A stretch of 48,333 nucleotides of DNA from the NCBI GenBank assembly GCA_964549615.1, contig CAZJVP010000078.1, forward strand, positions 1 to 48,333. Reading direction: 5' to 3'. The stretch is from an uncultured Thermococci archaeon (GTDB taxonomy: Archaea; CAYQAE01; CAYVLA01). The position numbers and the translations under genes are program-made. Shown piece by piece: positions 40,054-48,333 of the stretch (position 1 is the stretch's first letter; each line of letters opens with the position of its first letter). A model generated the notes under the pieces. That model was not told where the DNA came from, ran no database searches, and worked only from the letters and a program-made list of their open reading frames with translations.

Positions 40054-41060
40054 GCCTCGAGCGCCTCCTCAATGGCGTCGCAGTAGCGTCCGGCCACCGA
40101 CTCGATCGAGAATCCGAGGGCAAGTCGCCGACATTTCTCGGACGTCCTGCGGTACTCCTCTTCACCCATGCGGGCAACGGCCCGGATCGCTGCGGCATAT
40201 TCCTCAGGCGTTCCCTGCTCGATCTTCGTCACGCCGTCTTGGATCGATGGGTCGAGCTTCCCGGGCGATGCCACGGGCAGGCCGCATGCCATGTACTCAA
40301 GGAGCTTCAGGCTGCCGCTCATTACGGGCGGAACAAGCCCCATCCGGGCTAAGTTTAGTAATGCCGGGACGTCCTCGTACCTGGCGTACCCGTGGAAGGT
40401 TATGTCGGCTCCCTCTTTCCTAGCGAGATCTTCATAGTACCTTGCGTGCGTGCCCCTCCCTATGAAGAGGCTGCGCGTGCCCGTCGCCGCAACGGCCTTG
40501 ATCAGGGTTTCCAGCTTGTACTGCCTCTCGATCTTCCCCAGATAGCAGGATTCGTATCGCTTCGGTTCATGGTCAGCCGGCTTGAAGATGCCGAGGTCTA
40601 CACCGTTTGGGACGTAGACGACCTTGGTCTCCTTGAATCTCTCGGAATATTCGAGGAAGTTCCCGTGATCGGCGCAGATCAGAAGGTCCATCTTGCAAAT
40701 CAGCCGCTTCTCCACTGCGTCCACGACCAGCCCCTTCAGACGCCTGGCGTGGGTTATGGATCTTTCCACGTCGGTCACATCGACGATCTTCTTTGCTCGC
40801 TCGAGGGCGGCGAGCAGCGGAACGTAGTAGTAGTTCCACACGAGAACCCCGTCATAGCCCCCTCGGGCTATTCTGGTCGCGAGCTTGGCGAAGGTCGTCC
40901 CGTAGTCCAGGTAATAGTTCACGTGAGTTGAGGGGGGTATGTGGAGGAACTCGAGATTGAACCGCTTCTCCAGGAACGGCCGCATCCTCAGGGGCCTGGA
41001 CATCGGGGTGTACCTCTCCTCATCCCTTTGGACTGGGTATGCAGCGAGCAGGCTGCGCAG
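40050..41060 (-). CDS. GT4 glycosyltransferase
   Basis: VPNGVD, YLGKI, LKLLEYMACGLPV; start either ATG 41003 or CTG 41060. Confidence 0.85.
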   Translation of the reverse strand: MRSLLAAYPVQRDEERYTPMSRPLRMRPFLEKRFNLEFLHIPPSTHVNYYLDYGTTFAKLATRIARGGYDGVLVWNYYYVPLLAALERAKKIVDVTDVERSITHARRLKGLVVDAVEKRLICKMDLLICADHGNFLEYSERFKETKVVYVPNGVDLGIFKPADHEPKRYESCYLGKIERQYKLETLIKAVAATGTRSLFIGRGTHARYYEDLARKEGADITFHGYARYEDVPALLNLARMGLVPPVMSGSLKLLEYMACGLPVASPGKLDPSIQDGVTKIEQGTPEEYAAAIRAVARMGEEEYRRTSEKCRRLALGFSIESVAGRYCDAIEEALEA

Positions 41061-41073
41061 GGATCATCCCTTC

Positions 41074-42075
41074 CTACAGCTTCTTGACCTGATGGTCCCT
41101 TCCGGATTCCTCGGCCAAGAGGGCGATCTGGACTGCCTTGACCCCATCTTCTCCGGTGACGGGAGGCTCCCTTCCCTCCGCCACGGACTTGATGAAGAGG
41201 TCCAGCTCGACCTTCAAGGGCTCCTCCTTTTTGACCAGGATCTTTCGCATCTCGCCCTCGCTCATCCCGAGCAGGATGTCCGAAAAGTCCGAGAACTCCT
41301 CAACGTACGATATGTCGTACTTATACAGGTCCTGTGGTATGTAGTCGACCTCGAACATCGCCTTCAGTCCCTGCACGACCAGGCGCCTGATCTTGATCGG
41401 AGTGAGCCAGTTGATGTCGACCGAGGCGACGACGCCGTTCTTGAAGCTTAAGAGGATCTTGCCGTAATCGGTCTGGTCTTTGTGTATCACCCGCCCGCAT
41501 TCGCAGTACAGCCTCTCGACCTCGGAGCCAAGCGCGTATCTGAGGACATCGATGTCATGGACTCCAAGGTCTACCAGGGCGCTGACGTCCCGAACCCTGT
41601 TTGGGAGTGGTCCTGCCCTGGTTGCTGCCGCGATGGTGGGGTCGCCAAGTTCTCCCATCATCTCCTTCATCTTCATGACGGCTGGGTTGAATCTTTCGAC
41701 GTGCCCGACCATGAGCGAGACGCCGCGCTTCTTTGCCTTCCTAACTAGCGAATTGCCCCGCTCCACGGAGAGGTCGATGGGCTTCTCGACGAGCAAATCC
41801 ACGCCGTTCTCGATGGCAAGGGACGCCATCTCGTAGTGCTGGGCCGTTGGGACCGCGATGCTGACGGCATCGATGTCGATGGAGGACAGCATCTTCTCCG
41901 CGCTCTCGAAGAAGGGCACCTTGTAGATCTTGGAGATCCGGCGGCCTCTGACCGGGTCGGTGTCGCACACGGAGACCAGTTCCGCTCCTTCCAGCTCGTT
42001 ATAGATTCTGGCATGATTTCTGCCCATCTCGCCGACGCCGATGACAGCGGTCCTCACGGGCCCCAACGTTTTCAC
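41074..42075 (-). CDS. Gfo/Idh/MocA oxidoreductase, probable UDP-GlcNAc(A) 3-dehydrogenase
   Basis: VIGVGEMG, VEKPI, GHVERFNP, DLGVHDID, WLTP.K.R, EEPL..E. Confidence 0.88.
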   Translation of the reverse strand: MKTLGPVRTAVIGVGEMGRNHARIYNELEGAELVSVCDTDPVRGRRISKIYKVPFFESAEKMLSSIDIDAVSIAVPTAQHYEMASLAIENGVDLLVEKPIDLSVERGNSLVRKAKKRGVSLMVGHVERFNPAVMKMKEMMGELGDPTIAAATRAGPLPNRVRDVSALVDLGVHDIDVLRYALGSEVERLYCECGRVIHKDQTDYGKILLSFKNGVVASVDINWLTPIKIRRLVVQGLKAMFEVDYIPQDLYKYDISYVEEFSDFSDILLGMSEGEMRKILVKKEEPLKVELDLFIKSVAEGREPPVTGEDGVKAVQIALLAEESGRDHQVKKL

Positions 42076-42292
42076 TCAGACCGTCATCCCGGGATGGACT
42101 CTTAAATGCCAACGTGGAAAATCTGGGGTTTTACCCGCAGCAACCAACTGTATCGGTGCCCGTCTAAGATGGTCCAGAGCAAAGGCACGCAGCAGGCTGA
42201 AACCTTGCCCGGCGATAGCCGGGTAGCGTGCTAGCACGGATTCCCACCAAATCGGAGGCCATCCGGTGGAAACCACAAGGCCGTGCAGACCA

Positions 42293-43798
42293 TCAAGTCT
42301 TCTTTGCGTAGAAAACGTAGGCACGTCCCTCGAAAAGCAAGTCATAGTCCTTTTGGAGAGTTGCGTTGATGTGCGCCCATGCCTCCGGTTCAGACCTCTT
42401 GTACCTCTGGAAATTTGCTCTGTATCCGGGCGAGATGGCCAGATAGTCGGGCCGAACCCCGGTTCGAAATCCGAGCCTGTTATCGTCCTGCACTATTTCA
42501 TCGTTGAAGTCGTAGAAGAAGGCGATCTCCGCGCCGCCGCAGATGAGGCCCCCCTTGTAGTAGGTCGAGTTGAAGGTCCTAAGGTCCGGGAGATATTGGT
42601 TACCGTACTCGTTTCTCACAATCGTGTATACGTTGCTAGCGACGGAGACAGCTAGGATGTAGCTCAAGGCCAGAACGAACAGGGTGTCTGCGTACTTCCG
42701 TCTCCTCACCTGCTGCCAAAGCGCGAGGACGTTCATCAGGAAGAACGGCACTATCCAGACGAGATATGTGGAGGTTTTGTTCCCGACTAGGAACATGAGG
42801 CCGAGGAAGATGGTGACAAGCATGCCCCACAGGAGCAGGTCCTTCCCTTTCGCGAGAAACGGGTAGCCGAAAAGTCCAAGGAAGTAGAGGACAAGCACTG
42901 GCGCTGGCGCGCGTTTGATCACGCTGTCCACGGACAGGAAACCGTGGGACTTAAGATACCTTGTGATCACCTCGTAGTAGACGGATGACCATCTGAGGCC
43001 ATTTGCAAAGACTTCCTCCTGTTGTCTGCCGAGCGTGTTGATCAGCAACTGTTCGCGGAACGCGCTGAAGTCGCGCGCGATGTAGGTTCCCCAAGCGGCG
43101 GCGCCGAGGATGTAGGGCACCAGCGTTATGAGGAGCGTCTGTCGAGTTATCCTCTTTCTGTCCAAGTAGACTACCATGAAAAGGAGTGCCAATAGCCCCA
43201 GGAGGCCGTTGGGGTGCGTCAGACCCGATAAGCAGATGAAAGCGTTTCCCAGCAGGATCGCCATCGAGAGGTTGCTGGTTCTAAACCTCAGGTAGGCCGA
43301 GAGACCTAACAACGACAATGCGGCGGCCATCATATCCATCCGGCCGTCGCTCGCAGACTTGAGGTAGAAGAAGTTGGTGCCGACGAGGGTCATCGAAAGC
43401 ACTGAGAGCGCGCGACTCCCACCGAAGAATCTGGCCGACAGACTCCGAACAGCAAGAAGTCCCGCCAGCCCCCATAGAAGGCTCATGAAGCGAGCTTGGA
43501 GAAGCCCAACACCGGCCAGTCCAAAGGTCAGCGCTTCCGTGACGAAGTACATGGGCGGAAGCCAGTATGTGTACTGGTGGATTCTTGGGAAGTCGGTGTC
43601 ATCGGCCAAAAGGGTGTTACCCATGAAGCCATTCCTTAGCAGGTTGACTGCCGAACTTGCGAACCAAGCCTCGTCGCACCAAGGAGCGTTGGTGGCGATC
43701 CTTCCTCCGGCTAGGGTCAGGTAGATAAGAACCGGCACCAACGTGAACCATCTGTTTTCGGTCACGCGACGAATGACACCAAGCCCCCACCACGTCAT
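42293..43798 (-). CDS. ArnT/PMT-like (GT-C fold) membrane glycosyltransferase
   Basis: PWCDE loop motif, WLPP.Y, GRMD, THPNG; more than 10 TM helices. Confidence 0.8.
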   Translation of the reverse strand: MTWWGLGVIRRVTENRWFTLVPVLIYLTLAGGRIATNAPWCDEAWFASSAVNLLRNGFMGNTLLADDTDFPRIHQYTYWLPPMYFVTEALTFGLAGVGLLQARFMSLLWGLAGLLAVRSLSARFFGGSRALSVLSMTLVGTNFFYLKSASDGRMDMMAAALSLLGLSAYLRFRTSNLSMAILLGNAFICLSGLTHPNGLLGLLALLFMVVYLDRKRITRQTLLITLVPYILGAAAWGTYIARDFSAFREQLLINTLGRQQEEVFANGLRWSSVYYEVITRYLKSHGFLSVDSVIKRAPAPVLVLYFLGLFGYPFLAKGKDLLLWGMLVTIFLGLMFLVGNKTSTYLVWIVPFFLMNVLALWQQVRRRKYADTLFVLALSYILAVSVASNVYTIVRNEYGNQYLPDLRTFNSTYYKGGLICGGAEIAFFYDFNDEIVQDDNRLGFRTGVRPDYLAISPGYRANFQRYKRSEPEAWAHINATLQKDYDLLFEGRAYVFYAKKT

Positions 43799-44085
43799 TG
43801 TAGCTGCTGGACTGAGTCGCGCACAAATAAAGGTTCTTCGACGCGGACGCGGATGATGGTGACGGCGTGCATCCGACGGGGCGGCTCGTCTGGCAAAAAG
43901 TGAGCCCATGCTAAGGGAGGGTTTTTGGCCAGCTTACGGACCAGAGCATCCGATGCGGTCCCTGGCGGTCGAAATGTTCGTCGCTTGCATCGAGGTCGCT
44001 ATGCCCAAACAGGCCTGGCAATCATTATCAAGACGCTAGCACAAGCTCAACCGGGATTCCAGGTAGGGATTTCACGGGTGACGCG

Positions 44086-44943
44086 ATGGTGAGGTACCTG
44101 CTCATATCGAATCTTTACAATGAAGAGGCCAACGTCAATGGCCTGTTTGATTGCGTGGAATCCCAGACCCTGCCCCCGGCACTCTGGTTAATCGTCGATG
44201 ACGGAAGTACGGACGGAACCCATAGCCTCCTGCTCAAGAGGGCGAGTTCAACTCGGCTGAAGGTACAGGTTTGGACCGCCCCGCCCAAGCCCAGGCCGGA
44301 TCACGACAGCATAGGCCTTTCGATAAAGGGTGCGCTCCACTCGCTCGACCCAGATGTCTATCGCAGCTTCGACTACTACTGCGTTCTAGACGCCGACTCC
44401 AGGATCGGGCCGACGTACTTTGATCAGCTCCTCAGCCGCATGGAAGCCTCTCCTGGGCTAGGGATGGCATCCGGAGTTGTCTGGACGAAGGAGGGGGCGG
44501 AGGCGACTAGATCTGACCTTGCAAGGGGCTCGGGCAGGGCGACCAGGGCCAAGATCTGGCTGTCGGTCCCCATTGATGATATGCCGAACGTCGCGTCCGA
44601 TGCGTTCTTCAACGCGAAGACGAAGATGATGGGATTCTCCTCCGCCATGTTCAACGATCTGCGGGTAATCCAGGACAGACCTACGCGTCAGATGACGCCT
44701 GCTGGACGGTATCGGCGGGGTCGGCTTATGGCCATGTTTGGGTACAACCCCGTGGTTGTGCTCGGGCATGCCCTCTTGACCCTCCTAAGGAAGCAGAGTC
44801 CATTGCCTCTGATTCGGGGGTATCTGCACGGCCTCAGGGGCCCAAGGATAGGCGATCCCAGTGTAAGGGCCTATTTTGGTCGGCGGATGATCATCGACTG
44901 GGCGAGAGAGAAGTTGTCGCGACGGCGAAAACGACCAGCGTAG
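44086..44943 (+). CDS. GT2 glycosyltransferase
   Basis: YNEE, VDDGSTDGT, LDAD. Confidence 0.88.
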   Translation: MVRYLLISNLYNEEANVNGLFDCVESQTLPPALWLIVDDGSTDGTHSLLLKRASSTRLKVQVWTAPPKPRPDHDSIGLSIKGALHSLDPDVYRSFDYYCVLDADSRIGPTYFDQLLSRMEASPGLGMASGVVWTKEGAEATRSDLARGSGRATRAKIWLSVPIDDMPNVASDAFFNAKTKMMGFSSAMFNDLRVIQDRPTRQMTPAGRYRRGRLMAMFGYNPVVVLGHALLTLLRKQSPLPLIRGYLHGLRGPRIGDPSVRAYFGRRMIIDWAREKLSRRRKRPA

Positions 44944-45044
44944 CCCAAGAGCTCGTATGCGCTGGTATCTTTCGTGGGCAAGATATAAGACGGCACAGGG
45001 CAAGCATAGGTCAAGACCCTGGCACCCGTGGGTGAAGGGGTGCC

Positions 45045-46334
45045 GTGGGGCCGGTGAACCTCGAGATGACCATTCAGATCTCCTTCGAAAGCCAACGCGG
45101 GGCCTGGCCAACCCTCAACGCCCATCTTCCTGCAAGGATCGATGAGGCGTCCTTCGTCGACGTCATTCGGTACGGCTGGGTCGTGGATGCCGAGGGCACA
45201 CTCCTCTCCGGAGTAAAGAAGAAGATCAGATATGACGGCACCCGCGGCCCGCGGACCAACCTTGCTGAGGCCCTGTCATCCGCAATCGGTCGCTCCGTGG
45301 AGAAGAGCCACGGGGTCGGCTGCATGATCTCCGGGGGGGTGGACTCCACCATCGTTTTGGCCGCTTTGGCGGGCGTCACGGATAAGACCATCCACGCGTT
45401 CACGGTCGCCTTTGGCGAGTCGGATGACGAGACGGCTAGGGCCAAACTGGCGGCCGATGCCTTCGGTGCCACACACCATATCGTATGGTTCAAGATCCCG
45501 GAGGTGCTGGAGAAGGCCCGGACCTGGGCGAGGCTGTCGCCTTCGGGACGTCTTGTGTACCTGCCAGTGCTGGAGGAAGCGGCCAGGTTGGGCATCGATA
45601 CGCTGTTCAGCGGCGAAGGAGGGGACGAGGCGTTCGCTGGTTATGCGCAAAGGTATCTGAGGATGCTGAAATACTACAGGTACCGACCAACAAGGAGGTT
45701 GGCTGGTCTAGCTTCCTTCCTACCCGGCAGGTGGGGCCGTGTGGCGGGGATTCTGCGGCACACAGCTTCATTTGAGGATTTCTACGCGGCATGGCAGACC
45801 CGTGTCCCGGACATGCGAGGTGGGCACGGAATACCAGCCGATGATGGCGCGGAGGATTGGATCGCAAGGATCCTGAGGCTGGAGAGGCAGCTGAAGCTTG
45901 TGGACTACCTCGCGCACATCCACTGCTGCTCCGTTGCGTACGGGGTGAACGTCGAGTACCCGCTTCTTGAGCCATCGGTGGAGTCCTTCTCGTCCCCTAG
46001 GGAATGGACGCGGATGTGGGATGGCCACACCCTCCACGGCAAGTACCCGCTTGTCGAGGCTCTGAAGACGATGGCTCCGCCTGAGATCGTGAGAAACGCC
46101 ACAATGCCGAAGCACGGGTTCTCGCCGCCATCCATGGACAAGTGGTGGTCGATGGGGCTCTGCGAGCTCCACAAGGAGACACTCAAAGGCCCCTTGAGGG
46201 ATATGCTGCCGAGGAGCATGGTTGAGCTTGGAGATAAGCCTTCTGCAGGGAAGCGTTCCCTCTACGCCGCGGCTCTGGATGCTTGGTGTGTAGACAGGTT
46301 CATCCAAGGCTCCCCAGGCGAACGGTCAGGGTGA
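45045..46334 (+). CDS. Asparagine synthase-like ATP pyrophosphatase (synthetase domain only)
   Basis: SGGVDS, SGEGGDE.FAGY, YPLL, K.GF; no N-terminal Cys glutaminase domain. Confidence 0.82.
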   Translation: MGPVNLEMTIQISFESQRGAWPTLNAHLPARIDEASFVDVIRYGWVVDAEGTLLSGVKKKIRYDGTRGPRTNLAEALSSAIGRSVEKSHGVGCMISGGVDSTIVLAALAGVTDKTIHAFTVAFGESDDETARAKLAADAFGATHHIVWFKIPEVLEKARTWARLSPSGRLVYLPVLEEAARLGIDTLFSGEGGDEAFAGYAQRYLRMLKYYRYRPTRRLAGLASFLPGRWGRVAGILRHTASFEDFYAAWQTRVPDMRGGHGIPADDGAEDWIARILRLERQLKLVDYLAHIHCCSVAYGVNVEYPLLEPSVESFSSPREWTRMWDGHTLHGKYPLVEALKTMAPPEIVRNATMPKHGFSPPSMDKWWSMGLCELHKETLKGPLRDMLPRSMVELGDKPSAGKRSLYAAALDAWCVDRFIQGSPGERSG

Positions 46335-46358
46335 GACCCGGAAGATCCGCGAAGGTCC

Positions 46359-47492
46359 ATGGTTACATTTGAGAGCCGACGACGCCGCGCCCGTCGCGAG
46401 GGAGATGTTGCACACTTGAGGGTATTGATGCTCGGGGATCAGGCGAACGTGGCGATCCAACTCTCCAGTGGCCTAGCTCGCCTGGGGCATGAGGTGTGGC
46501 ATGTTCTCGTGGATACGGCGGATGTCAGGGCACGGGTTCCGGCCGAGCCAACCAAAGGAGTTGAGTTGGTGTGGAGCAAACCGACCTTGCCGTCATTGCT
46601 TGGGCAAGCATCGCGGCTGTGTCGTGACACAAACTTTGACATCGTGCACTCACACTGGATAACTTCCTTCGGGATTGCCGGCAGCGCCTCATCCCTGCTT
46701 TCCGGTGGAAAGCATGTCGCCCACCTGCACGGAGACGACATCAGGCGAGCGAGGCTCACCCCACAGAGGCATCTGCGTACGAGAATGGGTGCATGCGTTT
46801 GTGACCTTTTCCTCTACTCTACGCCCGATCTTCACGATCTCCTGTTTCTCGGGAAGGAGGCCAGGTACCTTCCCAATCCTGTCGACACATCGGTCTTCAA
46901 GGAAGTCGATGGGGCAGACAGCTTGAGGGAGTCCCTGCTGAGAGGGCGGGACAACCTGGTGCTCGCGCCCGGCAGGTTCGACCTTGCGACCAAGAACCAA
47001 GACGTCCTAGTGGAGGCACTGAGCTCGCCGGATTTCGAGAACGTGCAGACCGTTTTCATGAGCGCCACGGGTGGGGGGGACTACGAGCGGCTTGTGAGGC
47101 TAGTCAGGCAGTCGGGCATCGATCACCGCGTCTCTTTCATCGTGGGCGTTGGGAACAGGGAGATGCCGGCGTACTACAGCTGTGCGGATGTGGTGGCCGT
47201 GGGTTTCAGGCTGGGGGTCTACGGATGCGCCGTCACCGAGGCGATGGCGTGTGCGAGGCCGGTGATTTGCCACTTCGAATTCTCAAGATACAAGAGGTTC
47301 ATCCACGAGAGGCCGCCTCTCCTGGACGGGCGCGATGCAGGTTCCGTTTCAGGTTGGCTCTCTCAGCTGATTGCCGATCCTAGTTTGAGGAGGCGGATCG
47401 GCAAGGAGTCGCAGTCGTGGGTTCGAAGAGAACACTCGCTGGGCCCCGTGGCGAGGAGGTTGGCGAACATCTACGGCGATGTGCTCGGATAG
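46359..47492 (+). CDS. GT4 glycosyltransferase
   Basis: DIVHSH, HLHGDD, PNPVD, EAMACARPV; true start probably a little downstream. Confidence 0.85.
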   Translation: MVTFESRRRRARREGDVAHLRVLMLGDQANVAIQLSSGLARLGHEVWHVLVDTADVRARVPAEPTKGVELVWSKPTLPSLLGQASRLCRDTNFDIVHSHWITSFGIAGSASSLLSGGKHVAHLHGDDIRRARLTPQRHLRTRMGACVCDLFLYSTPDLHDLLFLGKEARYLPNPVDTSVFKEVDGADSLRESLLRGRDNLVLAPGRFDLATKNQDVLVEALSSPDFENVQTVFMSATGGGDYERLVRLVRQSGIDHRVSFIVGVGNREMPAYYSCADVVAVGFRLGVYGCAVTEAMACARPVICHFEFSRYKRFIHERPPLLDGRDAGSVSGWLSQLIADPSLRRRIGKESQSWVRREHSLGPVARRLANIYGDVLG

Positions 47493-47586
47493 CTTCCTTC
47501 CTCGGTTTGCAGCGCACGGTTTCTGTGGCAAGTTCGTCCCGGAAGACAGGGCTTGCTGGATGAGCGGCTCAGCCGCTCCGACCTCG

Positions 47587-48333
47587 CTACCGAAGAAGCT
47601 GGCCCTTCAGAACGTTCTTGATGAAGGCGATCTCCCCCTCGCCGAGTCCTCTGAGAATCCAGATGACACCAAGGTACACCACGGACCCAGTGGCTACCGA
47701 ACTCAATAGGCCTGGCAGCCCGGCCGGGACGACGCCCGATATCGCGTGGAGCGCGAGGAGCATCGCGGCGCAAGATAGCAGAGATTTCGCTATGAAGCGG
47801 ACGTCGAACCTAGCTGCGTGCTCCCTGTGTTGCTTTCCGACTTGGATCATCAACGAGAGGGCCAGCGCGTAGCTGGTGATCGCTGCCAAGGCCGCGCCAA
47901 GGAGCTCCAATGACGGTACTAGGGCGAAGTTGGCCGCAACGTTGGCAGCGGCTGCAACGGACCAGATCCAACCCGGCGTCTTTGCATCCTTGTGGAGCAG
48001 GAACACCTGCCCGATGATCGTCGCCACGCCCGAAAACACGGTGCCCAAGGAAACCAGGGCCACAACGATCCACCCTTTACTGGCCGTCGCGGCCGTGGCT
48101 AAGAGCCTAAGGATCGGTCCGCCCAGGTAGGATACGCCCGCAGATGCCGGAAGTGCAAGGAGAAGGAAGAACTTCAGCGTTCTAGTTTGGAAGTCCTGTG
48201 CCCGCGCTTTCTCGTTTCTTTCCCAGAGGGTGAAAACTGTAGGATTCAGGACCATGACCAAGGGCGGCACCAACAGGTTTATGGTGCGTCCTAGGCTGTA
48301 GGCAGCGCTGTAGATCCCAACCGCGGCATCGTC
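47587..48333 (-). CDS. MOP-family oligosaccharide flippase (Wzx/AglR-like), 5' part outside window
   Basis: Multiple TM helices; AANVAANFALVP..GAA.A pattern; frame open to the window edge. Confidence 0.85.
   Translation of the reverse strand, partial: DDAAVGIYSAAYSLGRTINLLVPPLVMVLNPTVFTLWERNEKARAQDFQTRTLKFFLLLALPASAGVSYLGGPILRLLATAATASKGWIVVALVSLGTVFSGVATIIGQVFLLHKDAKTPGWIWSVAAAANVAANFALVPSLELLGAALAAITSYALALSLMIQVGKQHREHAARFDVRFIAKSLLSCAAMLLALHAISGVVPAGLPGLLSSVATGSVVYLGVIWILRGLGEGEIAFIKNVLKGQLLR

Overview
Archaeal chromosomal segment of high GC content, made up mostly of core genes. It starts with the 5' ~675 nt of a divergent 16S rRNA gene (minus strand). All three tRNA genes contain introns: tRNA-Asp(GUC) at 21/22 and, apparently, inside the acceptor stem at 70/71; tRNA-Gly(CCC) at 37/38; tRNA-His(GUG) at 21/22 and 53/54. 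Protein genes include elp3, secG, the ether-lipid genes (GGGP and DGGGP synthases) and a riboflavin/FO operon (ribB-ribC-ribH-amidohydrolase-arfC-arfB-cofG-cofH) with a divergent HAD phosphatase. Also present are inositol-1-P synthase, cdc48, larC, a minimal MacB-like ABC system, an RNA-modification cluster (trm112-like, nop5, trm11, arcTGT, split arcS, an unusual radical SAM) and a glycosylation cluster running off the right end. The best leads are: (1) the acceptor-stem tRNA intron; (2) candidate enzymes for the unassigned deaminase and phosphatase steps of archaeal riboflavin/F420 synthesis, flanked by twin operator-like palindromes; (3) a B12-binding/TRAM radical SAM with an interrupted cysteine motif, translationally coupled to arcS; (4) compensatory changes in 16S helix 5 plus an altered helix 14 loop that defeat common archaeal primers. 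All assignments come from reading motifs by eye; no searches were run, and start codons are best estimates.
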